Translations under genes and position numbers: made by a program | The notes under the pieces: generated by a model | Database searches by the model: none | What the model was told of the DNA's origin: nothing | The model's input: only the letters and a program-made list of their open reading frames with translations | In this document: positions 52,201 through 63,896 of the stretch, piece after piece | Position numbering within the stretch: position 1 is the stretch's first letter | How the letters are laid out: each line of letters opens with the position of its first letter | DNA from: Octopus sinensis | Lineage: Eukaryota | DNA length: 64,000 bases | Direction of reading: 5' to 3' | Assembly (NCBI RefSeq): GCF_006345805.1 | Contig: NC_043007.1 | Span: 33,232,001 to 33,296,000 of the forward strand

Positions 52201-52552
52201 TAGATAGTTTTTATAAGAATTCAGTATAACAACATCTATAATTTTTTGTCCCATTTTACACTTCTCTTAGCACACTCAAGCGTCACCAGCTCCATGTCCG
52301 TTTTATCGACTAGGCGCATGTTGATCGTACAATCAATAATACAGTCAGGCTTCTTCACAACTTCCTTGGTTTTATAATTTACTTTTCAACTGTTTATACT
52401 ATGTTTCCTTCGTGGAAAGTCGTGATCATTGTCACATCGCAATTATCGCCAACTTAATGTAAGAAGGTTCCCACATTTTCTTCTCTCAATGTCACCTAGC
52501 TTCTTCAATTTGGAAAATTCTTGTACATTTTTCCTGTTTTCCCAGAGAGTTT
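52201..52552 (-). pseudogene. piggyBac-family transposase fossil (catalytic-domain C-terminal part)
   Basis: Frameshifted translation NRKN..KLKKLGD...LLTLSWR..DVTMITTFH...VVKKPDCIIDCTINMRLVDKTDMELVTLECAKRSVKWDKKL..IDVVILNSY matches the piggyBac pattern W.D.+.V.ML.T.H...KP..I..YN..M..VD..D......R....W.KKL....LN.Y. Confidence 0.85.
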
Positions 52553-53005
52553 CACAAGTTCCAGCTTATAATGCAAATGTGGCTTATACCACACCCGTCT
52601 TTTTCTGAATTTAGCAGTTTGTTAATAAGCCAAACCCGTCTTCCGTCGAAAAAGCATGTTGTATTAATAAGCCACACCGGACCTTGAAGAGTTAGTGCAA
52701 ATTCACGCCAAGGAAAGGAAGGGAGTGAATTTTGCAATTTCCTATAGTGAAAACCCGGGGTATATTTAAGCCTTATTAGACCTCCTCAGTGAATAAATTT
52801 CTTCTTGTGGGTTGGTGTTACTGTTCCTCATATCAACCATAATAACGCAAAGCTATGGTCAAAGAGGTGACCATCCCGTCTTATTATTTTCAGACATGCT
52901 AAATATATGATTACATTTCACATTGTGTCCTTTTCTCAGAACTATAGAGGCAGATTTGACTATTACTTTTAGCAGAAGCATCAAGGATTTCCTTAATGCA
53001 GTCTT

Positions 53006-53408
53006 GGATCTTTTCGGTTTGAACGGCAGTTTTTTCTAGCGGTGTCATATGAAATTGTCACTCATAATCGATCTATTGCATTTCAATCTGTTTTAGGGTT
53101 AGGGTTAGGGGTGGGGGAAGGGTATCTTTTTTTTTTCACAAATGTAAATAAACCCAATCTGTTTCTTAAACGAGGGACATATTCATACGGCATAGAATGT
53201 TTTTTTTACCTCAATGGACGTCAGTGATTGGTTGAAATTGCAGAAATTGAAGAAAAAAACAACAAATATCTTACAAACTATTGAATTTTCTCAATAAAGC
53301 CAAGAGAAAAAGATGTTTTATAAACACATTCTACCAGTATACGAAGTTTAAAATTTTTTAGTTACCTAGAAATTATGTTAAAAACTGCCGTTCAAACCGA
53401 AAAGATCC
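53006..53408. mobile_element. MITE with perfect 29-bp TIRs and internal (TTAGGG)n
   Basis: GGATCTTTTCGGTTTGAACGGCAGTTTTT / AAAAACTGCCGTTCAAACCGAAAAGATCC; flanks GCAGTCTT / GCAGTTTT (possible 8-bp TSD). Confidence 0.9.
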
Positions 53409-54188
53409 GCAGTTTTCGTACACATCTGGCGCCTTATTTCATTAATCTCAAAATATATAAAATAAAGGATTATCTGCGAAATTCTATCCTAAAATGATTT
53501 GAACCTGGAGCATAGAAGACCGAAATTTAACACAGGACAACACTTTAGCCTCTCTGACACTCTAAAACCTTTTAAACGGAGAGATATATTAAATGGGAAT
53601 TGAAAATATGACAAAAGCATCTTATGTTCTTACAGTTAATGATTTTAACGAAGATCGCGAGGTCAAGAGGTTTGAGAAGTTGTCTGTCTGCTTGTCGGTG
53701 GTTGCCTGGTTGCCACTGATGAATAAATTGAAACAAGGTTAAGTGGTCGAAAATATATGTATGTGTGTTCGTGTGTTGTATGTGTGTGTATGTCTGTTCG
53801 TGTGTTATATGTATGTGAACGCGTGAGTGCGTGTGTGAGTGTGTGTGTGTGTGTGTACACGCGTTATATGTGCGTAATACATGTACATACACATATATGC
53901 GTACACGTGTGTAATATATTTAATATAGTGATTTCAAAATATTTTCTAATCAAAATTAAAATTAATCAAAATTAAAATTAATCAAAATTAAAATTAATTA
54001 AAAACGAGAACAAACGTAGTCAGGTCAGCGTTAAAAACATTCATTTTCTATAAAAGCCTCGCCAAGAACTTCGAAATATAAATTGGTTAACAGCTAATTA
54101 CTGATGACGTACAGTGTGTGTTTGTGAGAAGTGGTGTACGTTTGTGTATATATGCCAGCCTCTGTCTATCCGTTTCTCTCTCCCTCTG

Positions 54189-54231
<43 letters not shown>

Positions 54232-54847
54232 ATATATATATATATATTATATATATACACATACATATATACATATGTATGAATGTTTGATTATGTTTAA
54301 TCTTTTTCAGTTAATGACTTTTCACATGTTCGTTAACAATTTCCTTAATTGCAATCTTATTGACGGTGTTTTTTTTTTTGTAGACAAAATGTTTCCCGGC
54401 TCTTCTATACGGCCCTTGGCCCGAACAGCCACTTAAGGCACCGACGTCCTTTGCACCCATCAAGATAAAGAGGCTCGATCATAATTTTTTCACACATCAT
54501 AATTCATTCGTAAATCATCCTATGTACCCCCACGTTTGCGTTGTCTGTCCTTGTTTGTACCCCCTCTACTTTGAGCCCTTGTGGCTATAATAAAGAAAGG
54601 TAAAGAGGCTCAGTCACTGGCGACACCTGTACTACTCGGATTACGAATTAACGCCGCCGCCGATGCCACCGCCACCGTCGACGCCGATGAAGGCTACAAT
54701 AGATATATTTAATATCCCCAACTCCCACTTTCTTATGTGCTTGTCAGATTAATTCGTTCGTTTTTATCCCCTCCCCCGCCCCCATTTATTATACTCTTTA
54801 TTTTTCATCAACAATTTAAATGAATCCGCCAATAATATACTCTCCTT

Positions 54848-55243
54848 CTCGTCTGCCTTTATGTTCTGAGTTCAAATTCCGCCAAAGTCGACTTTGCTTT
54901 CATCCTTTCGGAGTCGATAAATTAAGTATCAGTTAAGGCGAGCTGGCAGAACCGTTAGCACACCGGGTGAAATGCGTAGCCGTATTTCGTCTGCCGTTAC
55001 GTTCTGAGTTCAAATTCCGCCGAGGTCGACTTTGTCTTTCATTCTTTCGAGGTCGATAAATTAAATTACTAGTTACGCACTGGGGTCGATGTAATCGACT
55101 TAATTCGTTTGTCGGTCCTTGTTTGTCCCCTCTATGTTTTGCCCCTTGTGAGTAATAAAGAAACAAATTAAGTACCAGTTGCGTACTGTGGACGATCTAA
55201 TCGACTGGACCCCTCCCCAAAATGTTGGGCTTTGTGCCTAGAA
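54848..55243 (+). mobile_element. Family B SINE copies (adjacent/nested)
   Basis: Core present twice; head at 54935. Confidence 0.88.
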
Positions 55244-55470
55244 TATACTCTCCTACAAAGAATATACTCTCCTTCATTGTTCACGACTTCTTACCAACAT
55301 TCCACTAGCTTGTTAATGTCTTGACAGAAGATAATATCGGGCCTTGACACGAACATGAATAATAAGGATTAAACTAAATGGTAATGATGGGTGGGGAAGG
55401 ACCGAACGAATTTATCTGACAGCTTAATAATATTTCTTAACGTTTAGTTTCGAACACTTAGCTTTTTTAA

Positions 55471-56413
55471 CCCTTCGTTAGTCACATGGTGTGTTATCAT
55501 CCCAAATTTCTAGTTGGCAACTAATTTTGATTGCTTCCTTTCTCTACTCTTCTGACTCGGTAAGGGTGTGCTGCAGGCGGTGTGGCGCAGTCGTGACTCA
55601 GTTGTCGTGGGGAAGCAGACGTCGTTTTTGTCTAGTCACCTCATGTGACCAACACAGTTCAAGTTTTGATTTAATGTAACGGAGATTGCCTGTTATGTTA
55701 TTTTTTAATATTAATATTCATCATAGATATTAAAAAAATCCACAAAATGGTGTATTTTGTGGGTATTTTCAAAATAAATGTGATCTGAATCTAAACTTTT
55801 TTTTAGTTTTTCCTTAGTTTTATAATTTATTTTATTGCATTCTTTTACTATTTTACTTGTTTCAGTCAATTGACTGCGGCCATGCTGGAGCACGGCATTT
55901 AGTCGAGTAAATGGACCCCAGGACTTATTCTTTGTAAGCCTAGTATTTATTCTATCGGTCTCTTTTGCCGAACCGCTAAGTTACGGGGACATAAACACAC
56001 CAGCACCGGTTGTCAAGTGACAAACAAAGACACAAACATATATACACACATACATACACATACACGACGAGCTTCTTTCAGTTTCCGTCTACCAAATCCA
56101 CTCCACTCACAATGTTTTGGTTGATCTGAGGCTATAGTAGAAGACACTTACCCAAGGTGCCACACAGTGGGACTGAACCCAGAACCATGTGGTTGGTAAG
56201 CAAGCTACTTACCACACAGCCACTCCTGTTTTATATAAATATCAATTAGCTACAAGAGTTTCAAACTTCTCAGCAGTGATTGTAGATATATCCTGAACCA
56301 ACAGAATGAGTGCAGTTTACATAATACTAAAACTCTAAACATTTTTGTATTGCGGTATGTAAACACACCATGTGACTAACCATGTTCGGAAAGGTCAGGT
56401 GACTAATGAAGGG
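55471..56413. mobile_element. piggyBac-type non-autonomous element (P3) containing a family A SINE
   Basis: TTAA-CCCTTCGTTAGTCAC ... GTGACTAATGAAGGG-TTAA; subterminal inverted copy CACACCATGTGACTAAC at 56364-56380. Confidence 0.88.
55841..56228 (-). mobile_element. SINE family A, full length
   Basis: Reverse complement of the family A consensus. Confidence 0.92.
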
Positions 56414-56587
56414 TTAAATCTGGCGGTACATTTTGGTTATCTAATTCCCATTAATAAATTGGGTTATCTCACCCAACTAAAAAAAATTGTTTAACTCGCA
56501 ATAAACATGAAAGCGAAAAGATTAAACGTCTTATTGAATCTGATAATATTTTTCTAACAAATCATAATAAAATTTAAAAAATAATAA

Positions 56588-56833
56588 ATGCGCCCTTTTA
56601 AAGCCTAGCCAGGCTCATGGGCCCGGTTTCCCGGTTTCTATGGCATGTGTTCTCCAGTTGGACGGGACGCCAGTCCATCGCAGTGTTACTCATTTTTGCC
56701 AGCTGAGTAGACTGGAGCAACGTGAAATGAAGTGTTTTGCTCAAGAACACAACACGTCGCCCTGTCCAGGAATCGAAACTACAATCTTACGATCATGGTG
56801 CTGACACCCTAACCACCAAGCCACGCGCCTCCA
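56588..56833 (-). mobile_element. SINE family C variant (head', M2 body, tail T3)
   Basis: tRNA-like head; M2 shared with 60315; tail contains TGCGATGGACTGGCGTCCCGTCC. Confidence 0.85.
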
Positions 56834-57109
56834 CATAACAAATCGTACAAAACTGAAAAAATTAATAAACATGAAAACTGAAAAAAATTAAACATCTTAT
56901 TGAATACATTATTTACATTAAAGTAGCGACTCTATCTAAGAATATCTGAAGAAGGAATATTATCCCGAAATATCATATCAGACTATGGATAACTAAATTA
57001 CAACAGGTATATAGCCTATTGTCTGTATTATAGTGCATTGTTGTACCATTCAAAACTTTTTATTCTTTACAAACAATACACAATGCTTCAAGCGAACTAC
57101 AATACTCTC

Positions 57110-57115
57110 CTAATA

Positions 57116-57183
<68 letters not shown>

Positions 57184-57218
57184 TAATAATAATAATAATT
57201 TAATAATAATAATAATTG

Positions 57219-57263
<45 letters not shown>

Positions 57264-57377
57264 TAATAATAATAATAATATATAATAATAATAATTTAAT
57301 AATAATTATAATTAATAATAATAATAATGATAATGATATAATAATAATAATAATAATAATAATAAAATAATAATAAT

Positions 57378-57441
<64 letters not shown>

Positions 57442-57482
57442 TAATTTAATAATAATTATAATTTAATAATAATAATAATTTG

Positions 57483-57525
<43 letters not shown>

Positions 57526-57542
57526 TAATAATAATGATAATG

Positions 57543-57616
<74 letters not shown>

Positions 57617-57650
57617 AAGAAGAAGAAGAAGAAGAAGAAGAAGAAGAAGA
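57110..57650. repeat. (AAT)n then (AAG)n microsatellites
   Basis: Visible. Confidence 0.97.
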
Positions 57651-57659
57651 ATAACAATA

Positions 57660-57848
57660 ACAACATCGAAAAATACCTCAGGAATGAGAACCCAGGCTCG
57701 AAATTTCACCAAGACACCTGATGAAGGCTGGGGGGTATATCAGGCGAAACGTTGTACTAACAAACAAGATGAGGATAAATATCCGTCGAATGTAAATAAT
57801 GTAAATAATGTAAATAATGTACGTAAGTCCTCATCTCTTAAATATAGA
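57660..57848 (+). mobile_element. Penelope-like pLTR fragment with hammerhead motif
   Basis: AC-CTGATGA-A-GGCTG-gggggtatat-CAGGC-GAAACGTT-GT (57716-57755); one stem II mismatch. Confidence 0.65.
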
Positions 57849-58367
57849 ATCTTATTGAATCTAACAACATTTTTATAACAAATTATACTATGCCTATTGA
57901 AGAGGCCAAAAGTCAACAATGTGTTGAAGTATTGAATGAAAAGAGTCTAACTCTTTTAATCCAATCACTTGTCGCCACATAAACTCAATATTTTAGTGAG
58001 GAGATAACCCAATTTTTTAATGGGGGTGAGGTAACCAAAAATGTACCAACCCGACAACGTTTCAACACCATCTATATCCTCATCTTCTGAATGCAGTTTC
58101 AGTGTTGTTTAACCCTAGGCAAACCAGATCGAACAAACCTGTGATCAAAGGCATTCCATTCATGATTATATAATCTTTTGCAGGGCACAGTCTATTGAGG
58201 ATCACATTGTCTAATGTTCCATCACACTCCACTCTTTTAACCTCTTAACATGCACATTTTTTCTTCAATTTCCATGCAAAAAAAAAAATTTTCTAATCAT
58301 TTATTTTGAACCTGTATATAAGGCAGAATATGTACACAAATTACTTTGGATCAGTTAGGATCTATTA

Positions 58368-58661
58368 GGAGCACTCCGTCGGTTGCGACGATGAGGGTCC
58401 CAGCTGATACGATCAACGGAACAGCTTGCTCGTGAAATTAACGCGTAAGTGGCTGAGCACTCCACAGACGTGTACCCTTAACGTAGTTCTCGAGGAGATT
58501 CAGCGTGACACAGAGTGTGACAAGGCTGGCCTTTTGAAATACAGGTACAAGAGAAACAAGAAGAAAGAGCGAGAGAAAGTTGTGGTGAAAGAGTACAGCA
58601 GGGTTCACCACCACCCCCTGCCAGAGCCTCGTGGAGCTTTAGGTGTTTTTGCTCAATAAAC
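58368..58661 (-). mobile_element. SINE family C (M1 plus T1, head missing)
   Basis: Homologous to 16547-16845. Confidence 0.88.
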
Positions 58662-59612
58662 ATAGGATCTATTATGAAGTTACTGATAGAAACGATGTTA
58701 TTCCTGTTTTCTATCATTATGACAGAAAACTTGAATAACATCAGGAACGAAGTATTTTGGATTAGAAATAAATGACTGATACCTCCGAGAACAGTGAACG
58801 TATATTTTCATTCAAATATATATTTACTAGATATCTCTGAACGAAAATATACGACATAATATGTTAGGAGGTTAAGACACTGTAGTGTAATTTGAGTTAG
58901 GGTTTATGCTAATTCTAGGAAGCAGAGTGTCCACAGAGAGGTGCACTCGCTGACTAGTTCTAAATGAAGACTGCTTTTTGGCGGTCTTTTTCTTTTTATT
59001 GCAGTGTATTTAAAGCTGGCTGCAAGGTGAAATAATCATCACATGGGATTCGTTTTTGTTCGATTGCACCGGTTTATTAGCTCTCACGTCGATTAGCTGA
59101 CAAATCTGCAGAAAAATATCTTTTGAACCGATATGCGAAATACAGAGGAAATTGTACAGAATGTTTTGTTCTATATAAGATACACGTACGCTGATTGCAA
59201 ATAGTCAATTAATTTGATTGCGATACGTTTGATTAGCAAGATAACATTATCGTTAATTATAAAAAGGAATGGGGTTTCAATTCTGGAGTCAAGAAAAGTT
59301 GCTTGAAATACAGTAAAATGTTTTGAAACAGAAGTAAAGACAGTGTATTAGAAGGGGCGTTGATGTAGTACATACACACGTTAGAACACTATGTGTGTAC
59401 GTTTGTATATCTGAGTGTGTATTTATGTATGCGCTTTTGTATACATGCAAGTGGATCTGCAGATGTTTACAATAGAGCATTGAGTGCACTAAACGTATTG
59501 ACATGCAAGTGAGTCGGCAGATGTACACAAAAGTGCAAATGTTTATGTGTGCGTACAACAGATGTTGTGTTGAAGTATTCGTACATTATGAAATATATTC
59601 AGCCGACGCATA

Positions 59613-60020
59613 TCTTTATATATAAAAGTCAAGTTGTGTGTCTGTCTCCTACGATTTAGATTCCTAACTACTCCCACATTTTGCGGTGCAGTTTAACCAA
59701 AACCGGGTATCTTATAGTCGTGATTCATATTGAGCCCTTCTGGGTATTAGCGCGCGTCTACGATGAGTCTACGATGAGTCTACGATTTAAAATAAAATTA
59801 CCATCATTTTTTTCCATTTTAATGCATTTTTTCGCTATTAAAAAACGGGAAGTAACTCTCTAAAAATGTCTACGATGAGTCAACGATTAAAAAAAAATTA
59901 CTATCATTTTTTTTACATTTTTAATGTATTTTTTTTTGCTATTTTTGGCTATAACTCTCTAAAAATGCTTATATAGTTATTTCCCTTACAAACCCGAGCA
60001 ACGTCGGGCGATACTGCGAG
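59613..60020 (+). mobile_element. Non-autonomous Helitron H1
   Basis: A|TC start; hairpin; CGAG|T end (degenerate CTAG). Confidence 0.9.
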
Positions 60021-60314
60021 TTATCGATAAAAGCAAGTTTTTCACTTGCTTTCATTGATATCTCGGCATTATGTTTTCGATGAAGAAAATTCTATTCCGA
60101 TCTGTTGCAAAGATATCGAAAGAGGTATAAAATTGTAAAAGCTATTGTCTGTAAAGGCAGGACATATGACATTGCAGCGTTGACCTGGGCTGTAATACTT
60201 TTATATTTCGTTGCATCACTGTCATGATTTGATTTCATCTCTGAGCTGTACTGGAGGTTGTAATAGGTTATGATACATTCGCTGTCGCAATGAACCTTGT
60301 CTGTTGGCTAACAA

Positions 60315-60638
60315 TGAAGGCGCGTAGCTTAGTGGTTAGGGTTATCGGCTCACGATCTTAAGATCACGAGCTCGATTCCCAGTGGCGTGATGTGTCCTTG
60401 AGCAAGAGACGTTATTTCGGGTTGTTCCAGTCCACTCAGCTGGCAAAAATGAGTAGTACCTGTATTTCAAAAGGCAGGCCATGTCACATTCTGTGTCACG
60501 CTGAATCTCGCCGAGAACTACGTTAAGGGTACACGTGTCTGTGGAGTGCTCTGCTACTTGCACGTTTAATTTCACGAACAGACTCTTCCGTTGATCGGAT
60601 CAACTGGAACCCTCGTCGTCGTAACCGACGGAGTACCA
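60315..60638 (+). mobile_element. SINE family C variant (head', M2 body, tail T1)
   Basis: TAGCTTAGTGGTTAGGG head; tail from ACCTGTATTTCAAA homologous to the reverse complement of 16547-16729. Confidence 0.88.
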
Positions 60639-60821
60639 CTTTCCATATACATATATATATTTCCAACACATTATTATTTTTATTATCAGCTTTTAATCTT
60701 CAGTTAAATAAATTTTCTTTCTCTTTTCCAAGCAATGACATTTGACCAAGTATCAGGTGTGTTCTCCTCAATGCAGTACTAAGTCCTTGACAGAATAGAA
60801 TCTTCCTCAATATCAGTTCAC

Positions 60822-61042
60822 TCTCTTTTACTCTCTTTTACTTGTTTCAGTCATTTGACTGCGGCCATGCTGGAGCACCGCCTTTAATCGAGCAACTCGA
60901 CCCCGGGACTTATTCTTTGTAAGCCCAGTACTTATTCTATCGGTCTCTTTTGCCGAACCGCTAAGTTACGGGGACATAAACAAACCAGCATTGGTTGTCA
61001 AGCAATGCTAGGGGGACAAACACAGACACACAAACATACACG

Positions 61043-61075
<33 letters not shown>

Positions 61076-61243
61076 GCATATATACGACGGGCTTCTTTCA
61101 GTTTCCGTCTGCCAAATCCACTCACAAGGCTTTGGTCGGCCCGAGGCTATAGTAGAAGACACTTGCCCAAGGTGCCACGCAGTGGGACTGAACCCGGAAC
61201 CATGTGGTTTGTAAGCATGCTGCTTACCACCCAGCCACTCCTG
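60822..61243 (-). mobile_element. SINE family A, full length
   Basis: Reverse complement of the family A consensus. Confidence 0.93.
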
Positions 61244-61751
61244 CTCATTCACAAAGAGATCAAGTGAAAATTTTCAACTGACATTAAGAATGAACCTTCT
61301 TTCCTTTGTCCTTAACTACACATCAATTAGGCTCGACAAATATTGCATTAACTAGCGCCTACTTAGTAATTAACGGAATGACACTAATCATTTATGTCCC
61401 GATCAGTATGTGTAAATATGTGTTGATGCGGACAAAACGTCCACACAAACACATATTCCGCACATACATTCATATACATACATACATACATACATACGTA
61501 CGTACATACATACATACATACATACATACATACATACATACGTACGTACGTACATACATACATACATACATACATACATACATACGTACGTACGTACGTA
61601 CATACATTTATTTTTTTGTGTGTGTTTGTGTATATTCCAAATTTATGTAAATGTCTATAGAATAATACATCAGTTTTAACTTTATTCGACTGATGCACGC
61701 ACGTACATACACACACACGCGCGCACACATACATATATATATTATATATAT

Positions 61752-61955
61752 GTGACCGCGTGTGTTTCGTTGGCGATTTTTTTCCTCCGTCTTCCTTTTT
61801 TTGGATCTTTCCTTTTCCTATGTTTCTGACGAAGAGTTTCGCTCGAAACGTTAAAGCCTCCTTCTTTCCTTCTTTCCTGAGCGTCCAATAATACTATACT
61901 TGTTCCACGTACTCGCGTTGTTGTGTTTTCTCTTTGTGTTTTCATGTTTGGATTA

Positions 61956-61957
<2 letters not shown>
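61752..61957 (+). mobile_element. ~205-bp hammerhead-carrying element inserted in (TA)n
   Basis: TA tracts on both sides; pyrimidine leader, ribozyme core, TG-rich tail ending AAC; homologues at 18965, 28963 and 34102. Confidence 0.8.
61823..61855 (+). ncRNA. Minimal type-I hammerhead ribozyme motif
   Basis: TTT-CTGACGA-A-GAG-tttcg-CTC-GAAA-CGTT-AAA: intact core, stem II, palindromic AACGTT in place of stem III, weak 3-bp stem I. Confidence 0.7.
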
Positions 61958-62037
<80 letters not shown>

Positions 62038-62118
62038 TTGTATGTATGTATGTATGTATTGAAATGTGGCAGAATGGTAGAAAATGCTGAAAAGTAGCAC
62101 CCATGTTGATATGAATGA

Positions 62119-62339
62119 TCCTTTCGTTACTGCATTTATTTTGAGATGCTCTGTGTTTCTTTCAATTACTTTATATATAGCAAAGAATTTAGTAAAATAA
62201 CATCGTTATCATTGAGCTAGTGTTAGGAACATAAATTGTGACTAAGATTTGGTGGAAGATTTGAAATCAAAACTTATGAAAACAAGACATTTATACTAAA
62301 GAGCCAGAGCCGGTTTCACCCGGGTTGGTAACGAAAGGG
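62119..62339. mobile_element. piggyBac-type MITE P1, inverted copy of 1406-1625
   Basis: CCTTTCGTTAC ... GTAACGAAAGGG-TTAA; internal homology to the first copy. Confidence 0.88.
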
Positions 62340-62376
62340 TTAAGTGATCCCAACTAATTTGACCACCACCACTACC

Positions 62377-62437
<61 letters not shown>

Positions 62438-62854
62438 TAACTACCACTACTACTAATACTACTACTACAAAAAAAAGTCGACAATAGTACAATATTTAGG
62501 CCAAGAGGAAACAGAACTCGCCTTTTCACATTTAAATTTGACGATTATCAATCATAAGAATATGAAATTAGAAAAAGGACGCGGATCTTACAGAGAAGGT
62601 AAATAGTAGTAAATCTATAGTAAACAAAGAAGATACTATTTTGGGAATGCCACTGTCATAAGTGGTAGAAATATAAACAACCAAATAATGAACAGTTAAT
62701 AATTTCGTTCATACTACAGACATTGACAAGCACTGACGACTTCGCAAACGCCAATATATTTGCATACGGTGATCAGAAGTCTTTCGTTTATGTAAGCAGC
62801 AATTCGTCTTTGTGTGTCTCAGATATTATGTTTTCCGTATTTCTATAACCTTGA

Positions 62855-63648
62855 AAGGCGGCGAACTGACTGAATCGTTAAGCGCACCGAACAGACACAA
62901 AAAAAAAAAAAAATTCTCGGCAGTATTTCTTCTATCGTTTACTTTGAGTTCAAATTCTGCCTGGGTCAACTTTGTCTTTTATCCTTCCGAGGTCGATAAA
63001 ATAAGTGCTAAATTGAGCACTGGGGTCTCCCCTGCTCTAAAAGTGCTATCCTTGTGGCAGAATCTTTAGCAGGCCAAGGTTGCGAGTTGACCGAAATGTT
63101 AGCACGTCGGGCAAAATGCTTAGCCATATTTCGTCTGTTTTTACGTTCTGAGTTCAAATTCCGCCGAGGTCGACTTGGCCTTTCATCTTTTCGAGGTCGA
63201 TTAAATAAGTACCAGTTACGCACTGGGGTCGATATAATGGACTTGATCCGTTCGTCTGTCCTTGTTTGTCCTCTCTGTGTTTAGCCCCTTGTGGGTAGTA
63301 AAGAAATAGGTATTTCGCCTGTTTATACGTTCTGAGTTCAAATTCCGCCGAGGTTGGCTTTGCCTTTCATCCTTTCGGGGTCGATAAATTAAGTACCAAT
63401 TGCGTACTGGGGTCGATCTAATCGACTGGCCCCTCCACCTTGTGTCTAGAGTAGAAAAGAATCTATAGCAGGTCAAACAACACTGCTTAACGGTATTTCT
63501 TCCGTCTTTACCATGATTCCGAGTTCAAATTCCGCCGAGGTCGACTTTGCTTTTCATCCTTTCAGTCGATAAAATAATTACCAGTTGAGCATTAGGGTCG
63601 GTGCAATCGACTCGTCTCCTCTACTAAAATTTCAAGCCTTGTGCCTAT
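62855..63648 (+). mobile_element. Cluster of family B SINEs (four core units)
   Basis: GAGTTCAAATTC.GCC core at about 62946, 63150, 63334 and 63521. Confidence 0.88.
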
Positions 63649-63650
63649 AC

Positions 63651-63863
63651 TCTTTTACTTGTTTCAGTCATTTGACTGTGGCCATGCTGGAGTACCACCT
63701 TTCGTCGAACAAATCGACCCCAAGACTGAGTGTAGCCTAGTACTTATTCTATCGGTCTCTTTTGCCGAACCGCTAAGTTACGGGGACGTAAACCCACCAA
63801 CATCGGTTGTCGATGTTGAGGGGACAAACACAGACACACAAACATATACACACATATACACAT

Positions 63864-63896
<33 letters not shown>

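Larger units (their letters stand above)
56421..58052. mobile_element. Old TIR element (~57-bp TIRs) expanded by nested insertions
   Basis: GGTACATTTTGGTTATCTAATTCCCATTAATAAATTGGGTTATCTC vs the reverse complement of GAGATAACCCAATTTTTTAATGGGGGTGAGGTAACCAAAAATGTACC. Confidence 0.7.

Noticed and set aside
54652-54690. GC-rich GCC patch as a CpG-island promoter or coding fragment
   Set aside because: Under 40 bp and consistent with a degenerate trinucleotide repeat.
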